From positions 1 through 34,531 of IMG/VR virus record IMGVR_UViG_3300027932_000003: DNA of 34,531 bases. One strand, 5' to 3'. The stretch comes from a virus. Both the position numbers and the translations under genes were made by a program. Positions 1 through 8,243 of this stretch are shown piece by piece (the first letter of the stretch is position 1; each line of letters opens with the position of its first letter). The notes under the pieces were generated by a model. It had not been told where the DNA came from and searched no databases. It worked only from the letters and a program-made list of their open reading frames with translations.

Positions 1-50
1 TGTAGTTTTTTTCATTTTCTGCGAAAATTTCACAACTAATGCAAAAAATT

Positions 51-410
51 GAAAATTCCAATTTCTTTCGTTTTTTTCGTTTTTTTCGCAAATTTCCCAA
101 CTTTCGCAATAAATTGGAAATTCCAATTAATTCTACACCTCCAAATAATAATTGGAGCGGTGCAAAAAATTCAAACTTCCAAAATTCCAATTAATCTGTC
201 ATTTTGCGTAAATTGTGCAAAAAATGAGAAAAATTGTAAATTCCTAATTTCCTAAATTTGAAATAATCTATCATTTTCTGCAAAAAAGTTAAAAAATTGG
301 AAATTCCTAAATTCCAAATAATTCTACATTTCCAAATAATTTTTCAACTATGATAAAAAATACTAATTTTCTAAATTCCTAAATTACAATTAATCTGTCA
401 TTTAGTGAAA
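51..410. repeat. Imperfect short tandem direct repeats inside the ITR (unit approx aaattcc(a/t)aatt, plus recurring aattaatctgtcatt)
   Basis: At least 8 copies of the aaattcc-aatt motif seen by eye between about 51 and 395; aattaatctgtcattt occurs at about 190 and 388; mirrored in the right ITR. Confidence 0.5.
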
Positions 411-1289
411 TTTGTAATATAAAATTTGCAAATTCAAACTTTGGAAATTTGTAATAAATGTTAATTTGTGGATATTAATAACTACTAACTATAATATTAT
501 AATTTATAATTTGGAGGGAACCAAACCCACAATTTAAAGTTTTTAGTTACTAAACATATTCATAATTTATTTAATTTCTTAATTCTAGCAAACCAAAACC
601 TCAATTTAAAGTTAGAAAGATACTAAACATATTGTTAATTTGTTATATTTATTCAAATCGTTATGTGTTGTTAGTTTTTTGCGTTTAGTGTTGGAGAAAT
701 TGGAAGTTTAGAAAGAAAAGTTTATATACCAGAAGAAAGCATTTAGTATTGTTAGTGGGCATTATCTTTCTTCTTATTATTATTTTTTTATATATATTAT
801 TATTAACATTTAAATTAGATAATTATATAATTATGAAGTTATATAATTATATAATTAGCTAACTACTAATTAGTAGTTTATAATATAATAATTATAGTTT
901 TGTAGTTCAAGTGTAAAATATAGTTTCTTTTTTTCTTTCAATTCAATAGAAGATTCTGTATACAGTTTGGATTTATATCAGTATTTTATGGTAAAAATTG
1001 TAAGGAGATTTAATAATTTAGAGAATATGGAAACTATCTAGTTATTCAATATAATAATTATATAGTTATGTAGTTAGTAGTTTATAATTAATAAATTATA
1101 GTCAAACCTAAAATAGGTTTTTTTAGGATTTTTCACCGTTAGGAAACAATTTATGTTTGGTGTTATGAGAGAAATTGGAGAGACAGAATTTACACGTTCT
1201 CTATAGAGAGAGGTGGCGATAAGAGTTAAGGAGATAGAGAATGTTTTATATTCGTCATATAATATATGATGATTTGTAGATGATAAAAA

Positions 1290-1478
1290 ATGACAAGAGT
1301 ACATAAATTAACTGCTGAGCAGAAAAAAATTTTAGAAAGAATGCATAATAGAATAGATTATATTATCAAAGCTTACAAGGAGTATTTGAATGCGTTAGCT
1401 GAATTTGATAGAACTGGTGTATTAAAAATTCATGGGAAAGTCATTTATGAAAGAAAATATAATGATCATCAAAAATAA
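1290..1478 (+). CDS. ITR-encoded hypothetical protein (62 aa), left copy
   Basis: ATG-initiated ORF with balanced helical-looking composition; upstream ttttatattcGTCATAt (1241..1260) about 40 nt before the ATG matches the genome-wide promoter pattern; identical copy in right ITR. Confidence 0.5.
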   Translation: MTRVHKLTAEQKKILERMHNRIDYIIKAYKEYLNALAEFDRTGVLKIHGKVIYERKYNDHQK

Positions 1479-1516
1479 CATAATTATAAGTCGAAAAATG
1501 AAGACATGAAAAGGTA

Positions 1517-1536
1517 GAGAAAGATTTAAATATGAG
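1517..1536 (+). promoter_or_regulatory. BRE/TATA promoter (gagaaagaTTTAAATAtgag) inside the ITR, driving 1567..1764
   Basis: Purine-rich stretch plus TTTAAATA box about 40 nt upstream of ATG 1567; same module recurs at about 1937..1954, 3241..3260 and 3968..3986. The mirrored copy (32996..33015) sits about 39 nt upstream of ATG 32966 on the minus strand. Confidence 0.5.
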
Positions 1537-1566
1537 TTTTTACATATATGATATTGTGAATAAAAG

Positions 1567-1764
1567 ATGATGAGCATAAAAACAAAAATAAGTAAAAAAC
1601 AAGCGAAAGAATTAGTTTCGCAGTTTTTGCAAAATTCAAATTATATTTCGTATAAAAGTTCAACTAACTTTTATTATTCATTTACTGATAAAAAAGCTTC
1701 AGTCGATATAAAGATTTATGAATTTGATAAGAAATATTTTTTAGAAATTATCACATTAAGTTAG
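1567..1764 (+). CDS. hypothetical protein (65 aa)
   Basis: ATG ORF preceded by the ITR-embedded TATA module; T-rich tail downstream. Confidence 0.45.
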   Translation: MMSIKTKISKKQAKELVSQFLQNSNYISYKSSTNFYYSFTDKKASVDIKIYEFDKKYFLEIITLS

Positions 1765-1840
1765 TTTTTTAATTTTTTATTTCTATTTCTTATTTTTCTC
1801 ATAATTTGTTATTTTTTATTTTCTGCAATTATGTTAAATT

Positions 1841-1860
1841 TTTTTCAAGTTTGAGATAAT
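1841..1860 (+). repeat. T-tract + palindromic element, copy 1 (tttttCAAGtTTGAGAtaat)
   Basis: Recurring motif 3' of plus-strand genes; see also 2403..2425, 3893..3912, 13608..13629, 17214..17237. Confidence 0.4.
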
Positions 1861-1987
1861 ATTACTAAATATAGAGAAATTGTGTGTTGTATAGTCTAAT
1901 GATAAAAATAACGTAAGATATAAAGGTAAAAGTATAAAGAAAACTTTAAATATGAGAATGAAGATATGTATATTGGTGAAAAGAAAA

Positions 1988-2302
1988 ATGAACACACAAA
2001 AAGATACACAAAAAGAAGTTGAGCAAAAGATAGGCGAAATTTTATATAGGGCAAGACAAGAAGGAGAAGCTTTTTTAGTTACTTTAACATCTGAGCAATT
2101 AAAGAAGTCTGGTTTTGAAGAGGATAATGATTTCTTTAATTTTAGCAATGTAGACATTTATATAATTTATGACGGCGAATACAAAATTAAATATATATTT
2201 GACAATGATCCTAGCAATTTTATGTATGAAAGTAAAATAGAAATTGGTGGGTTAAAGGAGTTCATAGAAGTTATTAAAAAATATCTAGAAGTTTCAGAGT
2301 AA
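1988..2302 (+). CDS. hypothetical protein (about 104 aa)
   Basis: ORF track starts at ATG 1952, which lies inside the TATA box (ctttaaatATGag). The first ATG at the expected 36-43 nt spacing is 1988, so I place the start there; same frame and stop. Confidence 0.5.
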   Translation: MNTQKDTQKEVEQKIGEILYRARQEGEAFLVTLTSEQLKKSGFEEDNDFFNFSNVDIYIIYDGEYKIKYIFDNDPSNFMYESKIEIGGLKEFIEVIKKYLEVSE

Positions 2303-2402
2303 TTTTTTTCTTTTTTTGTTTCAATTTTCCCAGTTACCGTTTTTTTCTCCAAATTTCTATTTCTCCATGACTATTTTCTAAAATTTTCAAGACTATGTAT
2401 AA

Positions 2403-2425
2403 TTTTTCTCAAGATTGAGATAAAA
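2403..2425 (+). repeat. T-tract + palindromic element, copy 2 (tttttcTCAAGATTGAGAtaaaa)
   Basis: TCTCAA-GA-TTGAGA is a perfect inverted repeat with 2-nt spacer, preceded by a T-tract. Confidence 0.4.
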
Positions 2426-2492
2426 ATTCATGACTAACATTTATTGAGAGAAACATAAATATGTCATAAATATAAAAGAAAATCGATATATT

Positions 2493-3017
2493 ATGAATAT
2501 AGTTTTGAGAGAATTGAATAAAGAAAAATTTAATATAAATATCACTGCATGGTTAGATATTGATAATGATATTCAAAGTTGTTATACAAATTTTAAAGAA
2601 ATTACGATAGTTACAATAATTCAAATGATTTCTGAAATTGTAGAAAAAGATGGCTGGGATTTACAATATTTTGAGAAAGATGAAGAAGAAAAATTATTTA
2701 ATGCATTTATGAAAAACTCTAAAATTACAGTACGGCTAAATAAAAAGATAGATGAATTGAATTATGATTTTAAAGAAACTATTGTTGAATTTGATTTTTC
2801 AGAAAGTGAGAAAAAGAAAATTGCAGAAATATATTTGAGTAATATACTTAATGAATATCGTTATTTAAATGACTGTATTTTGGAAAATTTAGCAGACAAA
2901 GATATTAATTCGATTTCAGAAGCTTTAAGTAGTGAAGTTTATCAATTATTAAGTTCTGATGAGATAAAAGCAAAATTTAAGGAAAAGATAGAGAAAATTA
3001 ATACTGAAAAAGTATAG
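2493..3017 (+). CDS. hypothetical acidic protein (174 aa)
   Basis: ATG ORF; promoter cataaatatGTCATAaatataaaag at about 2451..2478. Confidence 0.55.
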   Translation: MNIVLRELNKEKFNINITAWLDIDNDIQSCYTNFKEITIVTIIQMISEIVEKDGWDLQYFEKDEEEKLFNAFMKNSKITVRLNKKIDELNYDFKETIVEFDFSESEKKKIAEIYLSNILNEYRYLNDCILENLADKDINSISEALSSEVYQLLSSDEIKAKFKEKIEKINTEKV

Positions 3018-3032
3018 ATAAGATGTGAAAAT

Positions 3033-3194
3033 ATGGATTTAAATGCTCCATTAGATCCAATATGGCTTTTGGTTATTGTTGGAATTTTTTATGAATTATT
3101 ATTTATCTTTTTCTTATTGGAATTAAGACAGATAATGAAACGAATTGAAGAAGAAGAATTAGTCAGAATGTTAAAAAAGAAATATAAAAATTAA
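3033..3194 (+). CDS. small hypothetical membrane protein (53 aa)
   Basis: Hand-translated: MDLNAPLDPIWLLVIVGIFYELLFIFFLLELRQIMKRIEEEELVRMLKKKYKN; one hydrophobic helix followed by a charged tail; starts 16 nt after the stop of 2493..3017; below the ORF-track size cutoff. Confidence 0.3.
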   Translation: MDLNAPLDPIWLLVIVGIFYELLFIFFLLELRQIMKRIEEEELVRMLKKKYKN

Positions 3195-3293
3195 ATAAAT
3201 TTTCACTAAAAATATGGCGTAAGCTACAAAGATAAAAGTTTAGAGAAAACTTTAAATATAAGTTTAGACATATGTTATATTGAGGTAAGAAGA

Positions 3294-3461
3294 ATGAAAG
3301 AAGTAAAAGTTGGAAATTCGAGATATTATATAAGTTCAAGAGATGATGAGATAAGTGTAATACATGAGTTAGTTCAAAAAGGTTACTCCATAAGTCAAAT
3401 AGCTAGTTTGTTGAATATTTCAGAAAGAAAAATTAAAAAATACTTAGAAGATTGTTGGTAA
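3294..3461 (+). CDS. small helix-turn-helix DNA-binding protein (55 aa)
   Basis: Hand-translated: MKEVKVGNSRYYISSRDDEISVIHELVQKGYSISQIASLLNISERKIKKYLEDCW; GYSISQIASLLNISERKIKKYL is a typical HTH; TATA module at 3241..3260 and gaggt 8 nt upstream of the ATG; missed by the ORF track. Confidence 0.45.
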   Translation: MKEVKVGNSRYYISSRDDEISVIHELVQKGYSISQIASLLNISERKIKKYLEDCW

Positions 3462-3642
3462 GTTATTTCTTTTTTTGATTTTTAATTTTTTCTTTTCTTT
3501 TTATTTTTATGTTTTATTATTTTTAGTTTTAAAATATCAATACAAAATTTTCGATAAATTTTGGAATTGAAAGATATGAATGTAAAAGTTTGAAGAAAAT
3601 TTTATAAAGGGCAAATGACATAATGTAAAATTGGAGGTAAAT

Positions 3643-3843
3643 ATGAATTGTGTAACAATTGAACAAAAAGGCAAATATACGTACATAAAATGTAAAAAAT
3701 GTGGAAATGTGCTAATTACAAATGATCCAGAATTATCGTTAGCTCCAATAAAAAATAAACAATTAATATCAATATCTAGCTGTGAGCATTTTCAAGTTAT
3801 TGAAAATGAAGATACAGTCGAAATTATATCAAAACAAAGTTAA
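3643..3843 (+). CDS. hypothetical protein with Cys-rich putative metal-binding motifs (66 aa)
   Basis: ORF track starts at TTG 3631; ATG 3643 is preceded by ggaggt (Shine-Dalgarno-like) and lies about 40 nt from the TATA at about 3597; contains CKKCG and SSCEH. Confidence 0.45.
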   Translation: MNCVTIEQKGKYTYIKCKKCGNVLITNDPELSLAPIKNKQLISISSCEHFQVIENEDTVEIISKQS

Positions 3844-3892
3844 TTTTTTTCTTTTTTAGTTTTAACTTTCTATTTTCTATTTTTATGTTCCA

Positions 3893-3912
3893 TTTTTCTC
3901 AAGTTTGATATA
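3893..3912 (+). repeat. T-tract + palindromic element, copy 3 (tttttcTCAAGTTTGATAta)
   Basis: Same motif family, one mismatch in the right arm of the palindrome. Confidence 0.35.
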
Positions 3913-4014
3913 TTATTTCTAAACTGGAGGAATTAAAAAAGCGTAGGATAGAAACGTAAAACTGTAGAGAAAACTTTATATATAAGTTTTTGCATATTAG
4001 ATATTAGTGATAAC

Positions 4015-4251
4015 ATGAGTCAAAAAGTTAGGTTAGGCAGAAAAGAAAAAGCAGTTTTAGATTTTTTAAAAGAACATGCAGAAGGCGTTTGGAAGACCGA
4101 TTTAATTAATCATTTTAGCTGGGCTAGTCGTTATGATAATGTTATGAACAAAAGGTTACAACAAATGCAGAAAAAAGGTCTAATAATCATAAAAAGTGAG
4201 ATAAATCCGGAAAGCGGAAGAAGTAAGCAAAGAGTTTATTTAAAACAATAA
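4015..4251 (+). CDS. winged-helix DNA-binding protein (78 aa), paralog of 13704..13928
   Basis: Hand alignment with the 74-aa product of 13704..13928 shows shared R-GxxE, W, NKR, KKGL, NPxxGR and VYL positions; TATA module at 3968..3986. Confidence 0.6.
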   Translation: MSQKVRLGRKEKAVLDFLKEHAEGVWKTDLINHFSWASRYDNVMNKRLQQMQKKGLIIIKSEINPESGRSKQRVYLKQ

Positions 4252-4284
4252 TTTTTTTCTTTAATCTTTTTCTTTTTTTTAGTT

Positions 4285-4476
4285 TTATTTTAATTCTCTA
4301 ATTAAATCTTCTATCTCATAAATAATATCTTCTATTTTTTCAATTTTTTCTTTTTCAAATTCATGTTCTTCATAGTTCTCAATAAGTTTCATACTTTCTT
4401 CTAGTTTTTCTTTTGCATTTTGTAATTCTGTAATTGCAGATTCTAAAGCTGATATTATTTCATTGTAATCTATCAT
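4285..4476 (-). CDS. hypothetical acidic coiled-coil protein (63 aa)
   Basis: ATG ORF with aagaggtg upstream; last gene of a leftward gene string. Confidence 0.45.
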   Translation of the reverse strand: MIDYNEIISALESAITELQNAKEKLEESMKLIENYEEHEFEKEKIEKIEDIIYEIEDLIRELK

Positions 4477-4479
4477 TTT

Positions 4480-4746
4480 TTACACCTCTTTTATTCTTTT
4501 CCAAACCTTTCCAATTGTTACACTTATATCAATTGACATTACAGAAAACCAAATTTCAAAATTTAATAGTTTATTGTTAATTTCTAAATAGCCAGCAATT
4601 TTATTTTTATTTTTTGTATAAAATATTATTCTTGGTTTTTCGTTAAAAATAAAAGCTTTATTTAGTAGATTTAAAATATCTTCTTCTCTCATATTTTCAA
4701 TTTTGTTTTTTGTTTTTTCCATTTGCTCCAAAAATTTTTCACTCAT
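4480..4746 (-). CDS. hypothetical protein (88 aa)
   Basis: ATG ORF; own promoter tttttatatGTCATAtaatac on the minus strand at about 4765..4790. Confidence 0.5.
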   Translation of the reverse strand: MSEKFLEQMEKTKNKIENMREEDILNLLNKAFIFNEKPRIIFYTKNKNKIAGYLEINNKLLNFEIWFSVMSIDISVTIGKVWKRIKEV

Positions 4747-4798
4747 GTTTTCACAATTACTGTTGTATTATATGACATATAAAAAGATTTTTATTTTT

Positions 4799-5416
4799 TC
4801 AGAATAAAGAGCCAAAACATTTCGCTTTAAACTCACAGGCTTTACATAGATAATTATTCGCGCCAGGTATAGTTTTATAATCTTGTAATTTCATAAATTC
4901 TTTAAATTTCTTAATCCAGTCAATTGCTTTTTGCAGATATGTTCCAATTATAGTTTTATTTATTTGGAATTGTTTAACTTCTTTATTTATTCTATTTAAA
5001 TATATGATATAGACATTATCAATTTTATAGTTTTGTTGTTGTAATAAGTAATAGTAAATTGAGACTTGGTAAAGATGATATTCTTTGATATTAAAGTAAT
5101 TACTTGTGATAGTTTTTAGTTCTATAAGATCATTATTGCAAATTAAGTCAATTCTGCCTGATATTTTTAATCCTTCAATTTCGCCTTTTACTTCAACTTC
5201 AGATTTACAGCCTAGTTTTTCGACAAAATAATTTTCTATTCTCTCGTGATGTTGTTCTCCTAGGTCAAGGCTAATTTCATTTACTGCTTTCTCAAACTCA
5301 AATTTTCTACTAAAATAGCTTTTTCTAAAGCAAATTCCAATTTCGCTAGGAAATATTGTATTCTCTGGATATTTCATTTTGAAGCTTTGTTTTACAAATT
5401 CTTCATAATTTGTCAT
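4799..5416 (-). CDS. Cas4-like / RecB-family nuclease (205 aa)
   Basis: GRIDLI (motif II), IELK (motif III), [11 protein letters not shown] (QxxxY) and C-terminal C-x2-C-x5-C ([10 protein letters not shown]) plus an N-terminal Cys; aggtgg upstream of the ATG; follows the ATPase gene, as in the conserved rudivirus SSB-helicase-nuclease operon. Confidence 0.7.
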   Translation of the reverse strand: MTNYEEFVKQSFKMKYPENTIFPSEIGICFRKSYFSRKFEFEKAVNEISLDLGEQHHERIENYFVEKLGCKSEVEVKGEIEGLKISGRIDLICNNDLIELKTITSNYFNIKEYHLYQVSIYYYLLQQQNYKIDNVYIIYLNRINKEVKQFQINKTIIGTYLQKAIDWIKKFKEFMKLQDYKTIPGANNYLCKACEFKAKCFGSLF

Positions 5417-5418
5417 TT

Positions 5419-6726
5419 TTAACCACCTAAATTACTAAATCTCATTAAGTTTATTATTCTATTACAAATTTCTTCATTTTGTACTTTTCCAATTTGTAAA
5501 TCTATGTCTAATGCCTGTAATAGAATTTGAATATCGATACTTTGCTCTTGTCTTCTGGATTCTAAATTTTCGCAATTTACATAGTTATGAATACTATTTA
5601 TCTTCTGTTGAATTAATTCAATTAATGCTTTTAAAATTGAAGGATAAAGAACTCTTGCATTTATAATTTTATCGTAAGTTTTCTTAATTGCTAATTGAAT
5701 AATATGAATTCTATCTAATATTGCAGAAGTGAAAATTTCATAATTTTGTAGATAGTCTTCTAAATCTGGAGTTACTAATTTATTAATTGTATATGCATAT
5801 GGATTTCCAGCGTAAATAATTGGAATACATTTTTGTATAGTTGCTGATTTTGATTCTGTTCCAGCTCCTCTTGTCCAAATACAATTTTCAATTCCAGTTG
5901 ATAGAGTTGAATTTATAGTATTTAGTTCTTTTGTTGAAAAACCATCTTTCCAATTTTGAATTTCATCAAATATCAAACCGTTTGATAGAAATACAGCTCC
6001 ATACATATTGTTTCGAGCATCATATACCAAATTGGCATAAGTTGGAGCTTCCGTGTAATATCTAAAATTGAAAACTTCTTGTAAAATCATGAAAGTTGTA
6101 GTTTTTCCAGTTCCTCTATTAGAAATTTCAATATAATTTATTTGTCTTTTGGTAATTGGAGATTTGAAAAGTGGGAATAGTCTTGGAAGAAAGAGAAATA
6201 TATCATTTATTTCCATTTTAGTCGGGTCATATCCAAAACTTTGCAATAAAAGTGCATAAGTTGAATATTCTGAATTTGCTAATTCAAATAATTCTTTTGC
6301 AATTTCATAATTGTTGGGTGGCTCAATTGAATAAATATCATAAATACGCCAACCTTCTATACCTTTTCTAATTTTGACAAACATGTAACTTGTAATTAAA
6401 TTATAGAAATTTTCAGGATTATCAGCTATAAAATGTGGATCGAAATTTGCAGTAAAACCATTTTGAAATTTTGCTATAACTTCATCATCTTTTACTTTAA
6501 ACTGTATAATTTTAGAGATAAATTTCACTTCATCATTAAAAAGCAAATAAGATTGAAAATATTGTTGATCAATTCCGCGTTTGTAAGCTTTTAAAATTTC
6601 AATTTTCTTCCTTTCTTCAATTTGTTTTCCAGAGAGAATTATATTTAAAACTCTTTCTGTATCTCTTGGATTATAAAAAAAAGAATGAGATTTTATTTTT
6701 TCAAGAAGTTGATTTGAACTACTCAT
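5419..6726 (-). CDS. P-loop ATPase, putative helicase (435 aa)
   Basis: Walker A NRGTGKTT; size and position between the SSB-like and nuclease genes. Confidence 0.7.
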   Translation of the reverse strand: MSSSNQLLEKIKSHSFFYNPRDTERVLNIILSGKQIEERKKIEILKAYKRGIDQQYFQSYLLFNDEVKFISKIIQFKVKDDEVIAKFQNGFTANFDPHFIADNPENFYNLITSYMFVKIRKGIEGWRIYDIYSIEPPNNYEIAKELFELANSEYSTYALLLQSFGYDPTKMEINDIFLFLPRLFPLFKSPITKRQINYIEISNRGTGKTTTFMILQEVFNFRYYTEAPTYANLVYDARNNMYGAVFLSNGLIFDEIQNWKDGFSTKELNTINSTLSTGIENCIWTRGAGTESKSATIQKCIPIIYAGNPYAYTINKLVTPDLEDYLQNYEIFTSAILDRIHIIQLAIKKTYDKIINARVLYPSILKALIELIQQKINSIHNYVNCENLESRRQEQSIDIQILLQALDIDLQIGKVQNEEICNRIINLMRFSNLGG

Positions 6727-6751
6727 AAAAAAAATGATAACTTATGACGTT

Positions 6752-7165
6752 TTAAAATTCGTCTTCAACATTCTTTTTCTCTTTCTTTTTCTGTGTTTTT
6801 TCCTCCTTTTGGCTTGATTTTTGTTTTTCTTCTTCTTCTTCTGTGTCTATTTCTTCTTCTTGAACAGCATTATTATTCCTTGGCGTAAATTTTACATATT
6901 CGTTTAATAAGTCAGCATATTTATTTAAGAATTCTGAAATTAATCTTAAATCTTCAGCATCATTTGCGGTTATTCCAAGTTGTTTTCTAAAATTATTAGC
7001 AGAATGGATAGTCATTGAGTATCTAACTTTTCCGTCTTGTGGTATTGCATTTAACTGTACAACTATTCTTTTTAGACCTTTGATTTTTAAAATTCTACTG
7101 GCTATTTTATTATTTTCTTTAGCTTGTTTACCTAACTCATCTATTATTTCCTTCAAACTTGCCAT
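6752..7165 (-). CDS. putative ssDNA-binding protein with acidic C-terminal tail (137 aa)
   Basis: Acidic tail EEEIDTEEEEE; first gene of the leftward operon; promoter aaatatGTCATAttataag on the minus strand at about 7184..7208. Function inferred from operon context, not from a motif. Confidence 0.5.
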   Translation of the reverse strand: MASLKEIIDELGKQAKENNKIASRILKIKGLKRIVVQLNAIPQDGKVRYSMTIHSANNFRKQLGITANDAEDLRLISEFLNKYADLLNEYVKFTPRNNNAVQEEEIDTEEEEEKQKSSQKEEKTQKKKEKKNVEDEF

Positions 7166-7265
7166 CTTTTTCGCCTTATTAATAACTTATAATATGACAT
7201 ATTTATATATTTATAAAAGTACAAGCCATGATATTTAGAAGTTTAAAAAAAGATGAAAAAAATAT

Positions 7266-7538
7266 TTAAATTAACTTAAAGAATATAGATCTTATTAATT
7301 TAGATACTTTCATATTATATTTATTTGCTAATTCTTCAAGTTTTTGATAATATAATTCATCAATTGTGAAAAAAACACGCTCATCATAAATTTCACTGAT
7401 TTCAATTTCTTTAAATTCTTTTTGAGAATTTAGAATTTTATCTATTTCTTGTTTTATTGTCTCTCTTTTCTCATAAAAAAGATTTTTATACTTTGATGGT
7501 ATACGTAATTCGATATACTTATTTCTTTGCTTTTTCAT
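7266..7538 (-). CDS. hypothetical protein, possible ribbon-helix-helix fold (90 aa)
   Basis: C-terminal half RVFFTIDELYYQKLEELANKYNMKVSKLIRSIF fits a strand-helix-turn-helix (RHH) pattern; divergent from Rep across a shared 70-bp promoter region. Confidence 0.4.
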   Translation of the reverse strand: MKKQRNKYIELRIPSKYKNLFYEKRETIKQEIDKILNSQKEFKEIEISEIYDERVFFTIDELYYQKLEELANKYNMKVSKLIRSIFFKLI

Positions 7539-7581
7539 AATTTTAGATATTTTCAGGCATTATATAAACATGACATATACA

Positions 7582-7593
7582 TTTAAATGTCAG
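7582..7593 (+). promoter_or_regulatory. Rep promoter: TTTAAATGTCAG (TATA followed directly by GTC)
   Basis: TATA box abutting GTC about 20 nt upstream of the Rep start codon. Confidence 0.5.
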
Positions 7594-7609
7594 GTTTTCA
7601 ATTGCATAT

Positions 7610-7954
7610 GTGAACGGTAAAAAAGTTTTTAGCTATCATTTTCTTTATGTTTACACGTATTTTATTACTATTGCTACAAATTATCACTATAATGATACGA
7701 CAAAAATCTATAAAAAATTCAGACAATATATTTATAATCATGATAAAAATTCTCATATTTTTTCAGTAAAAGAATATACAACAAGATTACATGGTCTACA
7801 TTATCATGTTTTAGTTTTCACGAATAAAAGGCTTGACTATTCCAGAGTTCATAAGCAAATGCCAAAACATTCAGATATAAATATTCAATTAGTTCCAAAA
7901 ACAAAAAATGATATAAAAAAAGTTTTAACTTATATGTTAAAAAATCAAAAATAA
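7610..7954 (+). CDS. HUH-superfamily rolling-circle replication initiator Rep (114 aa)
   Basis: LHGLHYHVLVF (HUH motif: H-hydrophobic-H followed by hydrophobics) and VLTYMLK (YxxK, Tyr at residue 108 by my count). The frame has no ATG before residue 84, so the start is GTG at 7610, right at the expected leaderless position. Confidence 0.75.
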   Translation: MNGKKVFSYHFLYVYTYFITIATNYHYNDTTKIYKKFRQYIYNHDKNSHIFSVKEYTTRLHGLHYHVLVFTNKRLDYSRVHKQMPKHSDINIQLVPKTKNDIKKVLTYMLKNQK

Positions 7955-7955
7955 A

Positions 7956-8243
7956 TTACTTAGATTGAGGTTGTTGATTTTGTTCAGCTTTTTTCTGTGC
8001 TAATGCATTTACATCTCTTAATGTATCCATATTCAAGAGTGAATTAATTCCAAGGGTTGTAGTATCTTTAATTGATTCAACTGCTGAAATTGTAGATTTT
8101 GTCATCTGATCTACTGCAATTTGGAATGATTGATTTGCTTGCTTTTGATTGTAGAGATATACTACTTCTCCAACAACATAGCTAGCTATTAGAACTCCCA
8201 TCAGTACTAAAAATCCTTCTAAAGCTGTTTGGCTTAGTGTCAT
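7956..8243 (-). CDS. small membrane protein, N-terminal TM helix plus helical domain (95 aa); PVAP-like candidate
   Basis: One hydrophobic segment (ALEGFLVLMGVLIASYVVGEVVYLY) followed by about 65 polar, helix-prone residues; architecture resembles the roughly 98-aa rudivirus pyramid egress protein. Assignment is tentative. Confidence 0.5.
   Translation of the reverse strand: MTLSQTALEGFLVLMGVLIASYVVGEVVYLYNQKQANQSFQIAVDQMTKSTISAVESIKDTTTLGINSLLNMDTLRDVNALAQKKAEQNQQPQSK

Larger units (their letters stand above)
1..1539. repeat. Left inverted terminal repeat (ITR)
   Basis: Reverse complement of 32993..34531. Mirror rule p <-> 34532-p verified by hand at the termini and at 1531..1539 vs 32993..33001; first mismatch at 1540/32992. 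Duplicated ORFs (49..255 = 34277..34483; 1290..1478 = 33054..33242) translate identically. Confidence 0.85.

Noticed and set aside
49-255. 68-aa ORF in the terminal repeat (and its mirror 34277..34483)
   Set aside because: Lies in the short tandem-repeat tract; translation is low-complexity (FVFFVFFANF...); no promoter pattern; likely an artefact of the repeats.
1074-1304. 76-aa minus-strand ORF in the ITR (mirror 33228..33458)
   Set aside because: Antisense to the promoter and start of the 62-aa ITR gene; low-complexity; no promoter motif.
1834-2352. Minus-strand ORFs 1834..2157 and 2167..2352
   Set aside because: Antisense to the plus-strand gene 1988..2302 and its T-rich flanks; hydrophobic and low-complexity, as expected from translating T-rich DNA.
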